This document shows, piece by piece, positions 49,346 to 60,330 of a stretch of 64,000 nt of DNA. The notes under the pieces are model-generated. The model worked only from the letters and a program-made list of their open reading frames with translations, was not told where the DNA came from and did not search any database. Each line of letters opens with the position of its first letter. Within the stretch, counting starts at the first letter, position 1. Position numbers and translations under genes: made by a program. This stretch comes from Klebsiella pneumoniae (lineage in GTDB: Bacteria; Pseudomonadota; Gammaproteobacteria; Eutrophobiales; Eutrophobiaceae), in assembly GCA_945878555.1 (NCBI GenBank), contig CAMDWI010000020.1, forward strand, positions 16,413 to 80,412, given 5' to 3'.

Positions 49346-51487
49346 TTGAAAACGAGAATAAATACAGATTCCCCGCAGTACGACATTGCCATTCCGTCCC
49401 GGGACGAGATCCTCGGATTACTGAAGGAATCAGGCAAACCGCTGAACTCCAAGGAGATCGCTGCCCGTTTTGACATGCCTACCCAGGCCGAGCGACAGGC
49501 GGTCAGAAAAAGGTTAAAAGCGATGGTCAGGGACGGGCAGATCATCCGCAACCGTCGTGGGGGATATGGTCTGGTTGACAAGATGGACCTGATTCCGGGC
49601 AAGGTTATCGGCCATCCGGACGGGTTTGGATTTCTGGTACCCGATGCCGGCGGTGATGATGTGTTCCTGTCAGGCACGGTTATGCGCTCGTTATTGCATG
49701 GAGACAGGGCTGTGGTCAGGATTGCTGGCATGAACCGGCGGGGCAAGCCTGAGGGTACACTGGTCGAGGTTCTGGAGCGGGCGAACGACCGTATTGTCGG
49801 CCGCTATTTCCGTGAAAAGAGTATCAGTTTTGTGGTCCCGGACAACAAACGACTGCATCAGGACGTCTTCATCCCCGCCGGCGAAGAGAACCAGGCAAAA
49901 AATGGCCAGTTTGTAGTAGTCAGATTGACCCGGCAGCCGGATAAACATACCCAGCCGGTCGGCAAGGTCATCGAGATCATCGGTGACCACATCACCTATG
50001 GAATTGCAACAGAAGTGGCGATTCGTACCCATGAAATCCCCTGGGAGTGGCCCAAATCACTGGAGAAAGAGTTGCGGCATCTGGACCCGGACAGGGTCGA
50101 CGTTCCGCCGGGACGCCAGGATTTTCGCAATTCACCCTTCGTCACGATTGATGGTGAGGATGCGCGGGATTTTGATGATGCGGTGTGTTGCAGGAAGGAC
50201 GGTGATGGCTGGTTACTCTCGGTTGCCATCGCCGATGTTTCGCATTACGTCATACCGGGAACTGAACTGGACGACCAGGCCTTTCTGCGGGGGACCTCGG
50301 TTTACTTCCCCGATCGGGTCGTGCCGATGTTGCCTGAAGTGTTGTCAAATGAACTCTGTTCACTCAAGCCTGAAGTAGACCGACTGGCAGTTATCTGTGA
50401 GATGCATATTGACCCGACCGGGGTTTGTAGCCATTACCGGTTTGTTAAAGGGGTGATACGTTCAGCTGCGCGTATGACCTATACCAAGGTCGCGGCGATC
50501 GTTGTGGATCATGACGTGGCATTGCGCGATCAGTATGTCGCACTGGTGCCGCAGTTTGACGAGTTACACCGGTTGTATCAGGTCATGCACGGCAAACGGC
50601 GGATACAGGGAGTGCTGGATTTCGATACGACCGAGGTCAAGATCCAGTTTGATGAACTGGGCAAGATAAAAAATATCGAACCGGTCATCCGCAATGATGC
50701 CCATCGTCTGATTGAGGAGTTCATGCTGGCGGCGAATATCTGTGCTGCAATGTATCTGGATGAGAACAAGGTGAATTGTCTGTACCGGGTGCATATGTTG
50801 CCGAAGGAAGAAAAACTGAAAGACGTACGCGAATTCCTGCGCGCATTCGGACTGGATCTGGGAGGCGGGGACGATCCTACCGCAAAGGATTATGCCAGGG
50901 TAATTGATGCGATCAAGGAGCGGCCGGATGCGCACCTGATCCAGACTGTACTCCTGCGTAGTATGCCGCTGGCCTATTACGATGCGGAAAATCTCGGCCA
51001 TTTTGGCCTTGCATTTGCTGCCTATACCCATTTCACCTCACCGATACGGCGTTATCCGGATTTACTGGTCCATCGTGCTATAGGCAGTCTGCTCTCGAAG
51101 CAGCAGGACTATCCCTATTCCTCAGAGCAGATGCGGGAAGCCGGGGCACATTGTTCCTTGACCGAGCGGCGTGCCGAAGAGGCCTCGCGAGACGTGATTC
51201 AGCGGCTTAAATGTGAATACATGAAGGACAGGATTGGTGAGGTGTTTGAAGGCACGATCAGCAGCGTGACCGGGTTTGGTGTTTTTGTGCAGCTTGATGG
51301 TGTGTATGTCGAGGGATTGATTCATATCACTGCTTTACCTCGTGATTATTATCACCATGAACCGGTGCATCACCAGCTGAAGGGGGAGCGTACAGGGAGG
51401 ACCTACCGCATGGCCGACAAGATCCGGGTCAAACTGGTCAGGGTCGATACGGATGATAACAAGATTGATTTTGAACCGGTTAAATAA
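49346..51487 (+). CDS. rnr: Ribonuclease R
   Basis: GHPDGFGF, TIDGEDARDFDDA, HFTSPIRRYPD, S1 domain. Confidence 0.96.
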   Translation: MKTRINTDSPQYDIAIPSRDEILGLLKESGKPLNSKEIAARFDMPTQAERQAVRKRLKAMVRDGQIIRNRRGGYGLVDKMDLIPGKVIGHPDGFGFLVPDAGGDDVFLSGTVMRSLLHGDRAVVRIAGMNRRGKPEGTLVEVLERANDRIVGRYFREKSISFVVPDNKRLHQDVFIPAGEENQAKNGQFVVVRLTRQPDKHTQPVGKVIEIIGDHITYGIATEVAIRTHEIPWEWPKSLEKELRHLDPDRVDVPPGRQDFRNSPFVTIDGEDARDFDDAVCCRKDGDGWLLSVAIADVSHYVIPGTELDDQAFLRGTSVYFPDRVVPMLPEVLSNELCSLKPEVDRLAVICEMHIDPTGVCSHYRFVKGVIRSAARMTYTKVAAIVVDHDVALRDQYVALVPQFDELHRLYQVMHGKRRIQGVLDFDTTEVKIQFDELGKIKNIEPVIRNDAHRLIEEFMLAANICAAMYLDENKVNCLYRVHMLPKEEKLKDVREFLRAFGLDLGGGDDPTAKDYARVIDAIKERPDAHLIQTVLLRSMPLAYYDAENLGHFGLAFAAYTHFTSPIRRYPDLLVHRAIGSLLSKQQDYPYSSEQMREAGAHCSLTERRAEEASRDVIQRLKCEYMKDRIGEVFEGTISSVTGFGVFVQLDGVYVEGLIHITALPRDYYHHEPVHHQLKGERTGRTYRMADKIRVKLVRVDTDDNKIDFEPVK

Positions 51488-51500
51488 TCAGCGACAATAA

Positions 51501-52268
51501 ATGATGGCCAGGGAATCTGAAATAATTTATGGAATACACGCGGTAAGACATGCCTTGCAGAACCGCCCGGAATCGATACTGGAGATCTGGCTCCAGGATG
51601 GCAAACACACCGGACATGAAATCAGCCAGATCGTACGGCTGATAGACCAGGTGGCATTAAACAGTAACTATGTACCGAGGGCCACGCTGGACCGGCTGAC
51701 CGGCAATGCCGTACATCAGGGGGTTGCCGTGCGTTGCCGAACCAGCCATAACGAGATGCCAACCGATCTGGATGAGGTGCTGTCAATGACGGCAGAGCAG
51801 CCCCGATTGTTGCTGGTGCTTGACGGGGTGCAGGATCCGCATAATCTGGGTGCATGTCTGCGCACTGCGAATGCCGCCGGTGTAGATGCTGTTATTCTGC
51901 CGAAGGACCGGGCAGTTGCCATTACCCCGGTGGTGCGCAAGGTGGCCAGTGGCGCTGCGGAGACCACGCCGGTCATTACAGTGACCAATATCTCGCGTAC
52001 CTTGCGTGAACTACAGCAGGCGGGCGTCTGGATCGTCGGAACGGATGATAAGGCCGATAAAAACATTTATGATCTCGATCTGAAAATGTCGGTAGCGATT
52101 GTCCTTGGTGCAGAAGGTGAGGGGATGCGCAGTAATACACGCAATCATTGTGACTATCTGGTCAGCCTGCCGATGCAGGGTACAGTGGAGAGCCTGAACG
52201 TTTCGGTTGCCGCAGGTATCTGCCTGTATGAAGCTGTCCGTCAAAGAAAATTCGGGGGTGTGAAGTGA
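51501..52268 (+). CDS. rlmB: 23S rRNA Gm2251 methyltransferase
   Basis: YGIHAV, HQGV, DGVQDPHNLGACLR, SLNVSVA. Confidence 0.95.
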   Translation: MMARESEIIYGIHAVRHALQNRPESILEIWLQDGKHTGHEISQIVRLIDQVALNSNYVPRATLDRLTGNAVHQGVAVRCRTSHNEMPTDLDEVLSMTAEQPRLLLVLDGVQDPHNLGACLRTANAAGVDAVILPKDRAVAITPVVRKVASGAAETTPVITVTNISRTLRELQQAGVWIVGTDDKADKNIYDLDLKMSVAIVLGAEGEGMRSNTRNHCDYLVSLPMQGTVESLNVSVAAGICLYEAVRQRKFGGVK

Positions 52269-52744
52269 GATTGATACTGGACAGACGTAACAGCCTTATA
52301 CTCGTTTGTTTGCTATGGTTTATCAGTAGTACTGTACTGGCTAAGGACCCGGAGCTTGAGGCATTGAGTGTGACAACGGCGTCAGGCAATGTGATCAATT
52401 ACAGGATAGAAGTGGCCAAGACACCAACACAAATGCAACGTGGCCTGATGTTCCGTGACAGCATGCCGGCAGATCAGGGCATGCTGTTTATCTATGTGCC
52501 GGCCCGGCCTGCCAGGATGTGGATGAAAAATACCATACTGTCACTCGACATGCTGTTCGTGGATGAGGACGGAATTATTACTAATGTTGCAGAAAATACC
52601 ACGCCATATTCGGTAGACACTATATCCTCAGCCGGTCCGGTTCGCGCGGTCATTGAGCTGAATGCAGGACAGGTGGCTACACATGGTATAGCGGCAGGAG
52701 ATCGGGTAACCCATCCGTTGTTTGAGAAACCGGATGCAAACTGA
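52265..52744 (+). CDS. DUF192 family protein
   Basis: EVA.T....RGLMFR, GMLF, MWMKNT..LD, ELNAG. Confidence 0.9.
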   Translation: MRLILDRRNSLILVCLLWFISSTVLAKDPELEALSVTTASGNVINYRIEVAKTPTQMQRGLMFRDSMPADQGMLFIYVPARPARMWMKNTILSLDMLFVDEDGIITNVAENTTPYSVDTISSAGPVRAVIELNAGQVATHGIAAGDRVTHPLFEKPDAN

Positions 52745-52803
52745 ACGTCCGATCCTGTAATAACAACACCAGCCTGGCATGACCGGGGGGTAGACATCCT
52801 CAC

Positions 52804-53832
52804 ATGAATGACGATAACGAACCGGTCATACCCAATCTGAAAAAACTGCTGTTGCAGGCATTCATTTATCTTGGAACGGCGCTGGTGATCGCCAGTGGAT
52901 TTCTGTATATCGCAGTCACGATGCCTGGTACGTCCGTACCTTTCCCCACCACCCCGTTATCTCCGGAACAGGCCGCATTGCGCAGTCGCTTGCAGGCGCA
53001 TGTGCGCCACCTTGCCGGCACAATCGGCGAACGTAGTGCCGGGCAATCCGTAAAACTGGCAGAGACGGCAGACTATATCCGGCAACAGCTACAATCATCC
53101 GGTTATATACCAACCGTTCGTACGTTTGGTGATGAGCAATTCATGAATATCGAGGTTGACCTGTATGGACGGGAAAAACGCGATGAGATCCTTGTAATAG
53201 GTGCGCATTATGATACGACCTGGATGACACCAGGTGCAGATGATAATGCCTCTGGTATTGCCGCCCTGCTCGAAATTGCACGTGCGTTGAAGGACAAGCG
53301 ATATACACGCACGATACGGTTTATCGCTTTTGCCAACGAGGAGGTGCCGAATTACCGTCGCGCGGAAATGGGTAGCATGTCCAGTGCAAAACGGTCATTC
53401 ACCCGGTCGGAGTTGATAACAGGCATGATCGCGCTTGAGATGATTGGTTATTATTCTGATGCGCCCGGTAGCCAGCGGTACCCGACAGTGTTGTCCGGGT
53501 TTTATCCGGACCGGGGTAATTTCATTGCCTTTGTTTCAAACCTGGTTTCACGAGATTTTCAGCTTCGTGCAATTACCCATTTTCGCGACCTGGAACTGTT
53601 TCCATCCGAAGGGCTGATTGCTCCGGAGTTGGTAGAGCGTTCGATTCGTCGCTCGGACCATGCTTCGTACTGGTATTACGACTTTCCGGCCATCATGGTC
53701 ACAGACACCGCCAATTTTCGTAATCCGAATTATCATCGTCGTACGGATACAGCTGACACACTGGACTACGACAGTATGGCCCGCATCGTCAGTGGTTTGA
53801 CGGTGATGATAGAAAGACTGGCGCAGGAGTAA
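52804..53832 (+). CDS. M28 family peptidase
   Basis: GAHYD, PGADDNASG, FANEE, SDH, YH..TD; N-terminal TM. Confidence 0.9.
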   Translation: MNDDNEPVIPNLKKLLLQAFIYLGTALVIASGFLYIAVTMPGTSVPFPTTPLSPEQAALRSRLQAHVRHLAGTIGERSAGQSVKLAETADYIRQQLQSSGYIPTVRTFGDEQFMNIEVDLYGREKRDEILVIGAHYDTTWMTPGADDNASGIAALLEIARALKDKRYTRTIRFIAFANEEVPNYRRAEMGSMSSAKRSFTRSELITGMIALEMIGYYSDAPGSQRYPTVLSGFYPDRGNFIAFVSNLVSRDFQLRAITHFRDLELFPSEGLIAPELVERSIRRSDHASYWYYDFPAIMVTDTANFRNPNYHRRTDTADTLDYDSMARIVSGLTVMIERLAQE

Positions 53833-53840
53833 GGATACCG

Positions 53841-55100
53841 ATGAGCATTTCCCTGTTTCAGAAGCGGTTTACCCTGGACGCTGGTATAGCCAGGCTGATG
53901 GATGATCTGGGAGGCGCCAGAACTGCCGACAGTAATATATTGATGCTGGGTGGTGGCAATCCTGCCCACATTCCGGAGGTATTGCAGTTCTTCCAGGAAC
54001 GCCTGACCCGGATCGCGGATAATCCCGCAGATCTCGCCCACATAATCGGGGATTATGATCCACCGCAAGGTGACAGCCGGTTTATCGGCTCTCTTGCACG
54101 GCTGTTTCACAAACAGTATGGCTGGGACATCGGTCCGGAAAATATCGCGCTGACGCCAGGCAGCCAGTATGCCTTCTTCATATTATTTAATATGTTTGCA
54201 GGCGAGTATGAGGACGGCAGCTTCCGGAAAATCCTGTTGCCGCTGACACCGGAATATATTGGTTACAGCGATGTATGCCTCATGGATAATTGTTTCAAAT
54301 CAAGCAGGCCCCTGATTGAAATAACGGGGGATCACGAGTTCAAGTATCACGTCGACTTTAACAGATTGCATACCGGTTCAGATGTTGGAGCAATTTGTGT
54401 CTCGCGACCGACCAATCCGACCGGCAATGTGATCGCCGACGATGAACTGGAAAAGCTGGCTGAACTGGCCAGGAGCAGCCAGGTGCCTTTCATCATTGAC
54501 AATGCCTATGGCCTGCCTTTCCCGAATATCCTGTTCGGGGATTCGAGCCTGACATGGGATGAAAACCGCGTGCTGTGTATGAGCCTGTCCAAACTGGGAT
54601 TGCCCGGTGTGAGAACCGGTATCATTATTGCCAATGAAACAATCATTTCTGCCATATCAAAAATGAACGCAATATTCAGTCTGGCCCCGGGCAGTTTTGG
54701 ACCGGCCCTGGCGCAGGATTTAATCGAGACCGGAGATATCTTCAGCCTGTGCAGGAATGTCATCCGGCCTTATTACCAGCGCAAGGCACTGCATGCTATT
54801 GCCATACTCAGGCGCGAACTGGACGGTATTGATTTTTATATCCACAAGACTGAAGGCGCCATCTTTCTGTGGTTGTGGATACCGGGTCTGCCGGTCAGTT
54901 GCGAACAGTTATACGAGCAACTCAAGCGGCGTTTGGTCCTGGTTGTGCCGGGCAGTTATTTCTTCCCGGGACTTGAGGAGGAGTGGCAACACCGGCACGA
55001 ATGTATACGTATCAGCTATGCAATGCACGATACTGTAGTGGAGCGGGGGCTGATTATCATTGCCGACGAGATAAAAAAAGTCATCGGTGCCAAATCCTGA
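53841..55100 (+). CDS. avtA: Valine--pyruvate transaminase
   Basis: MLGGGNPA.IP, SRPTNPTGNV, DNAYG.PFP, SLSKLGLPG.R. Confidence 0.93.
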   Translation: MSISLFQKRFTLDAGIARLMDDLGGARTADSNILMLGGGNPAHIPEVLQFFQERLTRIADNPADLAHIIGDYDPPQGDSRFIGSLARLFHKQYGWDIGPENIALTPGSQYAFFILFNMFAGEYEDGSFRKILLPLTPEYIGYSDVCLMDNCFKSSRPLIEITGDHEFKYHVDFNRLHTGSDVGAICVSRPTNPTGNVIADDELEKLAELARSSQVPFIIDNAYGLPFPNILFGDSSLTWDENRVLCMSLSKLGLPGVRTGIIIANETIISAISKMNAIFSLAPGSFGPALAQDLIETGDIFSLCRNVIRPYYQRKALHAIAILRRELDGIDFYIHKTEGAIFLWLWIPGLPVSCEQLYEQLKRRLVLVVPGSYFFPGLEEEWQHRHECIRISYAMHDTVVERGLIIIADEIKKVIGAKS

Positions 55101-55118
55101 TGTCACTGCAGGGTGTTA

Positions 55119-56111
55119 CTAATATGGCTCCGGCGAAAACATCTCCATTGTCGACCGCACCATTTTTTCCAGCAGTGGTTTTTTGCGGGCGTATTCAATT
55201 TCGTACAGCTCGTACTCGCTGACAGCCGCCGAGAGAAAATCATCGCTGGTCCGCAGTTCGTCGACCAGATGGTTCTCTATTGCCTGTCTGCCATACCAGG
55301 TTTCACCTGTGGCAATTGAATTCACATCCACCACCGGGCGATTTTCCTGTACGAACTGTTTGAATAAATCATGTGTGCTCTCGATTTCTTCTTTCAGTTT
55401 TCTCCGGTCTTCATCGGTATTTTCACCGAACACGGTCATGGTTCGTTTATATTTACCCGCGCTGATTTGTTCAAAATCGATATCATGTTTCTTCAGCAGA
55501 CGATTGAAATTGGGTATCTGGGCAAGCACACCGATAGAACCGATGACGGCAAACGGGGCGGCAATGATTCTGTCGGCGACACAGGCCATCATGTAGCCGC
55601 CACTCGCTGCCACTTTGTCAACCGAAACTGTCAGCCTGATTTTTCTGTCCCGGATACGTTTCAGCTGTGATGCAGCGAGGCCGTAACCATGAACGGTACC
55701 ACCACCGCTCTCAAGCCTGAGCAGGACTTCGTCGTGGTCCACCGCAATGGTCAACAGGGCGGTAATTTCCTCCCTTAACGAACTTACTTCGGATGCACGG
55801 ATATCACCGGTAAAATCAAGGACAAACATACGTGGGCAGTCGGAGTGTTCCGCATTACCATCCTTTTTCATTCTGGACTTGAATTCCTTCAGCGTCTTGC
55901 GGAACTGTTTCTTTGGCTGGACCGCCGAGTTCAACATTAATTGCATTTGCTCGTACTTCTGGTTCAGGTGGCGTACCTCAAGCTGGCCTTCGCTCACTGA
56001 ACGCGACCGCATGATGATAAAAACCAGGGCGCCGGCTACGCCGAGGACCAGTACAAGCACGGTGACCAGTTTGGCCACAAACATACCGTATTCAGCCAGA
56101 AATTCGATCAA
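55119..56111 (-). CDS. sohB: S49 protease SohB
   Basis: EFLAEYG.F.AK, ESGGG.VHGYGLAASQL, DKVAASGGYMMAC. Confidence 0.94.
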   Translation of the reverse strand: MIEFLAEYGMFVAKLVTVLVLVLGVAGALVFIIMRSRSVSEGQLEVRHLNQKYEQMQLMLNSAVQPKKQFRKTLKEFKSRMKKDGNAEHSDCPRMFVLDFTGDIRASEVSSLREEITALLTIAVDHDEVLLRLESGGGTVHGYGLAASQLKRIRDRKIRLTVSVDKVAASGGYMMACVADRIIAAPFAVIGSIGVLAQIPNFNRLLKKHDIDFEQISAGKYKRTMTVFGENTDEDRRKLKEEIESTHDLFKQFVQENRPVVDVNSIATGETWYGRQAIENHLVDELRTSDDFLSAAVSEYELYEIEYARKKPLLEKMVRSTMEMFSPEPY

Positions 56112-56345
56112 ATCAGTTCTTCCTCTGTCTCATTAATTTGCAGGTGGGCAAGGTGAAGCTGGACGCTCCCTGTTTGCCGATCCGGGCTACAGGTTACAAT
56201 AGTAATTGAAAAAGCGGTACTGGTAGTGCAATAGGGACAAGGCTCCCGTCTATATAATTGATTTTTTGTTTGGCTAAAACAGTGCTAACCTGCCCGCTTT
56301 TGAACGTATCTTCCCAATAACTTTCTGACCAATATCTGGAACAGT

Positions 56346-58157
56346 ATGGCAAAAACAAAAAACAATTCGGAAAGACCCGTCAGCCGGAACATGAAACCGC
56401 TGCAGGCCGTTTTTCCTTTCCTGGCACCTTACAAATCCAAGCTTTGCCTGGCGGCATTTTATCTGCTGGTTGCAGCTGTTGCGGCGTTGGGTATGCCTGT
56501 CGCCCTGCGGGCCGTTATTGATTACGGATTTTCCAGTGAACGGGTAGGTTCGATAGATCTGTATTTTCTCGATTTGTTATTGCTTGCAGCGGCCTATGCC
56601 ATTTTCGCCGCGCTCCGTTTTTATACAGTCATGTGGATCGGAGAGCGCGTCGTTGCCGACATACGTGATAAAGTTTATGCGCATGTGGTCACATTGAGTC
56701 CGAGTTTTTATGAGACCACTCGCACAGGTGAGGTGTTGTCGCGTCTGACCACTGATACCACACTGGTACAAACCGTATTCGGCGCAGGTATGTCGATAGC
56801 GCTGCGCAGTGCTGTAATGTTGATTGGCGCGTTCATCATGTTGTTCATCACCAGCCCGAAATTGTCCAGTCTGTTGTTCCTGTTGTTGCCGCTGGTGGTC
56901 ATGCCCGTACTGATGTACGGGAAAAAAGTGCGGAAGTTATCAAGGGCTAGTCAGGACAAGATCGCTGACCTGAGTGGTCTGGCCGATGAAACCCTGAATT
57001 CAATTCATATCGTCCAGGCCTATACGCTGGAGAAGTTCCAGAGTCAACGTTTTTCCCAGGCTATTGAACGGGCATTTGAGACCGCAACCGGTCGTATCAG
57101 GATGAGCTCAATGTTATCTGCAGCTATCGTGCTTACAGCTTTCAGCGCGATTGTCTGTGTGTTATGGATAGGCGCGAGGGAAGTAATCAGCGGTGCAATG
57201 ACACCCGGTACACTCGGCCAGTTTCTGTTGTATGCGACCTTTGTCGCCGGAACAACCATGGCACTCGGTGAGGTCTGGTCGGATGTGCAGCGGGCAGCCG
57301 GTGCGATGGAAAGACTGCTGGAGCTGTTGCAGTCGCGTTCAAATGTGACATCGCCAACCGTCCCCGTCGCATTTGCACGTAATGAGGGTGGGTTGGCAAT
57401 CGAAAATGTGACATTTAACTATCCCTCAAGGCCGGACAGTCCTTCACTACAGGATTTTACGCTGAATATTAATCCCGGTGAGACGATTGCGCTGGTCGGT
57501 CCTTCAGGAGCCGGCAAGAGTACTGTTTTCCAGTTGCTGATGCGGTTTTATGATCCTCGCGCCGGTAAAATCACGCTGGACGGTATTGATATCCGCGATG
57601 CCGATTTGACTGCGTTGCGTAACAGGATTGGTATTGTCCCCCAGAATACAGTCCTGTTTGCTGCCAGTGCGATGGAAAACATCAGGCTCGGCAGACTGGA
57701 TGCGACTGATGAGGAGGTGTTTGCTGCTGCCAGGGCCGCAGTAGCAGATGAATTTATACGCAAGCTACCGGAAGGTTACGATACCTTTCTCGGAGAAAAA
57801 GGTGCCAGACTGTCTGGTGGTCAGCAACAACGAATAGCCATTGCCCGTGCCATACTGAAAAATCCGCCCGTCCTGTTACTGGACGAAGCGACCAGTTCAC
57901 TGGATGCGGAAAGTGAAAAGCTGGTCCAGGAGGCACTTGAACATCTGATGAAGGGCAGGACTACCCTGGTTATCGCTCACAGGCTGGCTACCGTAAAGAA
58001 GGTAGATCGAATTGTAGTGATGGCAGATGGCAGGATTGTTGATGAGGGTAACCATGAACAGTTGCTCAAGGCTGACGGATTATATGCCAGACTGGCAGAG
58101 CTGCAGTTTGGGGCGAATGGAAAGCAGGGCAACCCGCTGGAAGTACTGACATCGTAA
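56346..58157 (+). CDS. ABC exporter, fused permease/ATPase (MsbA-related)
   Basis: 6-TM domain; GPSGAGKST, LSGGQ, LLLDEATS. Confidence 0.92.
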   Translation: MAKTKNNSERPVSRNMKPLQAVFPFLAPYKSKLCLAAFYLLVAAVAALGMPVALRAVIDYGFSSERVGSIDLYFLDLLLLAAAYAIFAALRFYTVMWIGERVVADIRDKVYAHVVTLSPSFYETTRTGEVLSRLTTDTTLVQTVFGAGMSIALRSAVMLIGAFIMLFITSPKLSSLLFLLLPLVVMPVLMYGKKVRKLSRASQDKIADLSGLADETLNSIHIVQAYTLEKFQSQRFSQAIERAFETATGRIRMSSMLSAAIVLTAFSAIVCVLWIGAREVISGAMTPGTLGQFLLYATFVAGTTMALGEVWSDVQRAAGAMERLLELLQSRSNVTSPTVPVAFARNEGGLAIENVTFNYPSRPDSPSLQDFTLNINPGETIALVGPSGAGKSTVFQLLMRFYDPRAGKITLDGIDIRDADLTALRNRIGIVPQNTVLFAASAMENIRLGRLDATDEEVFAAARAAVADEFIRKLPEGYDTFLGEKGARLSGGQQQRIAIARAILKNPPVLLLDEATSSLDAESEKLVQEALEHLMKGRTTLVIAHRLATVKKVDRIVVMADGRIVDEGNHEQLLKADGLYARLAELQFGANGKQGNPLEVLTS

Positions 58158-58166
58158 TTGACAAAT

Positions 58167-58203
58167 AAAAAAGCCGCCCTGTTTTGGCAGGGCGGCCCGT
58201 TTT
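58167..58203. terminator. Rho-independent terminator(s) between convergent ABC and phasin genes
   Basis: A-run, GCCGCCCTG-ttttgg-CAGGGCGGC, then a T-run; second hairpin at about 58204-58239. Confidence 0.75.
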
Positions 58204-58246
58204 ATCCGGCTTTCCGAGGGGGGGGGAGGAAAACCGGATGAAGACG

Positions 58247-58561
58247 TTAATTTACCTTTAATGCATCCTTTACAACTTTCTGTACTTCTGTTGCGTAGGT
58301 ATTGCCCAGCTCGGCAACGGTACGACCATCTTCAATTGCACGCTCTGTCAGCTGTTTGGAGACTGCAACCTGGGTGGTGATATAGTTCTTGAAGCCTTCT
58401 ACATCGCTGATGCTTGAAGCGGTTTTCAATTGCTCAAGACCGACTTTTACGCTGTCTTCGATATATTTGACCTGCAGGCCCATCAATTTTTCCAGATTGG
58501 CAATTGCCAGATTGTTCAGCTCACGTACCGGGGTAATGTACTTATCAAATTGTTCGTTCAT
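58247..58561 (-). CDS. phaP: Phasin (PHA granule protein)
   Basis: P.RELN.L..ANLEKL..LQ pattern of the phasin_2 family; upstream TGC-N3-GCA boxes. Confidence 0.78.
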   Translation of the reverse strand: MNEQFDKYITPVRELNNLAIANLEKLMGLQVKYIEDSVKVGLEQLKTASSISDVEGFKNYITTQVAVSKQLTERAIEDGRTVAELGNTYATEVQKVVKDALKVN

Positions 58562-58593
58562 GGTTCAACTCCTTTCTGTCTTTTTGGACTTTG

Positions 58594-58629
58594 TGCGGTG
58601 CATCATAAATCAAGTAATGGTGCGATGCA
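58594..58629. promoter_or_regulatory. Putative PhaR operator pair
   Basis: TGCGGTGCA (58594-602) and TGCGATGCA (58621-629) upstream of the phasin gene. Confidence 0.5.
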
Positions 58630-58909
58630 ACAAGATTTTGTAAAAAAATGAGCCAAGGGTGATGCAGAAAATAAAATACTTAATTATCAATGTGTTAGTT
58701 TCTGACACGACAGATTAGTTGCAGGTCATAAATATCCAGATTCATACAAAATTATAAAATCAGGGTGAGGTTATAGTCATTTATTCCTCGAATATGACCA
58801 CCGAAATCACTGTTGGCCTGGATTTACCCTTTACAAATACAGGGTAGGGTATGCTTTGGTGTATTCTGTAAAGCTTGAATAAATGAAAAACATACTAAGG
58901 AGCGTGTTC

Positions 58910-59665
58910 ATGACTGAAATTCGAACCGCCGCCGCCGGGCGAGGCATTGCCTGGTTCAGTGAAGGATTTACCAGTTTTCAAAACAATGTCGGCGCGTGGA
59001 TGGGTACCGGATTTATCCTGTTAATCATGGGTCTGGTATCACTGTCATTTCCCCTCTTAAGTCTGATATTACAGTTAATGATGCCCGTATTGCTCGGGGG
59101 ATTATTACTCGGTTGCAGGGAGGCTGACAATGGCGGTCAACTCAGGCTGAATCACCTGTTTGCCGGCTTCAGCCATTCCACAGGAAACCTGGTTTTGCTC
59201 GGGATACTGTATACACTCGCTTCGTGTGTGATCATGGGCTTGATGTTTGGTATGGCAGTTTTAGCCGTTGGTGGCAGTGTAATACTTTCCGTTATCATGG
59301 AAGGAAATCCCGTTACGATTCTGGACAACCTGCTGATATTGTTACTTGTCCTCCTTGCCGGACTATTATTGTATGTACCCTTGTTGATGGCCTTCTGGTT
59401 CGGTCCTGCATTAATCGTTTTTGACGGCCATCATCCCTTGAGTGCAATGAAATACAGTTTTCTTGGTTGTATTAAAAATAGCATGGCATTTCTGGTATAT
59501 GGTCTGGCAGGTATGCTATTGGCTATTATTGCCTCAATACCTTTAATGCTGGGCTGGATAGTGCTTGTGCCTGTGACTATCATCGGATTTTATCTTTCTT
59601 ACCGTGACATCTTTGCTCGGAATGTGATCAGACCATCTATACAGGACCTCAGTCATGTTGCGTAA
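58910..59665 (+). CDS. BPSS1780 family membrane protein
   Basis: AG.G..W..EG...F, LF.GF, MAFWF.PAL, Y.SYRDIF; RBS AAGGAG. Confidence 0.8.
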   Translation: MTEIRTAAAGRGIAWFSEGFTSFQNNVGAWMGTGFILLIMGLVSLSFPLLSLILQLMMPVLLGGLLLGCREADNGGQLRLNHLFAGFSHSTGNLVLLGILYTLASCVIMGLMFGMAVLAVGGSVILSVIMEGNPVTILDNLLILLLVLLAGLLLYVPLLMAFWFGPALIVFDGHHPLSAMKYSFLGCIKNSMAFLVYGLAGMLLAIIASIPLMLGWIVLVPVTIIGFYLSYRDIFARNVIRPSIQDLSHVA

Positions 59666-60293
59666 ACCCACACTAATGCCAGACGCAGACCGGGCCTTGC
59701 CTGGGCGTACTCAGCCATTGGTAGTGACTAATCGCCATTATGTTAATAGTCACCCGATTTGTCCGCCGTTCCCGCAAAACATGCAACTGGCCATGTTCGG
59801 CCTGGGTTGTTTTTGGGGTGCTGAACGGAAATTCTGGCAACTGGAGGGTGTGTATAGTACAGCCGTAGGGTATGCCGGGGGTTATACACCCAATCCAACG
59901 TATGAAGAAGTCTGTTCCGGAATGACTGGACATAACGAAGTGGTCCGGGTTGTGTACGACCCTGCATTACTGACGTATTCACAGTTATTAGCAGTGTTCT
60001 GGGAAGCGCATAATCCAACCCAGGGGATGCGGCAGGGTAATGATGTAGGTACACAATATCGTTCGGGCATATATGTATACAATGGTGATCAACGTGAACT
60101 GGCGCGAGTATCAGCAGACAGCTATCAGCAAAAACTCGAACAGGCAGGGTATGGCAGGATAACAACCCAGATTAGCGATGCGCCCGTATTCTATCTTGCC
60201 GAGGACTACCATCAGCAATATCTGGCAAAAAATCCGGGCGGTTATTGTGGCCTCGGGGGAACCGGTATACTCTGTGCCGCCAGTGAAATGTGA
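59655..60293 (+). CDS. msrA: Peptide methionine (S)-sulfoxide reductase
   Basis: [39 protein letters not shown]. Confidence 0.97.
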   Translation: MLRKPTLMPDADRALPGRTQPLVVTNRHYVNSHPICPPFPQNMQLAMFGLGCFWGAERKFWQLEGVYSTAVGYAGGYTPNPTYEEVCSGMTGHNEVVRVVYDPALLTYSQLLAVFWEAHNPTQGMRQGNDVGTQYRSGIYVYNGDQRELARVSADSYQQKLEQAGYGRITTQISDAPVFYLAEDYHQQYLAKNPGGYCGLGGTGILCAASEM

Positions 60294-60330
60294 CCTGAAC
60301 AACGAATATCAAGTTACTGGAAAGGTTTTT

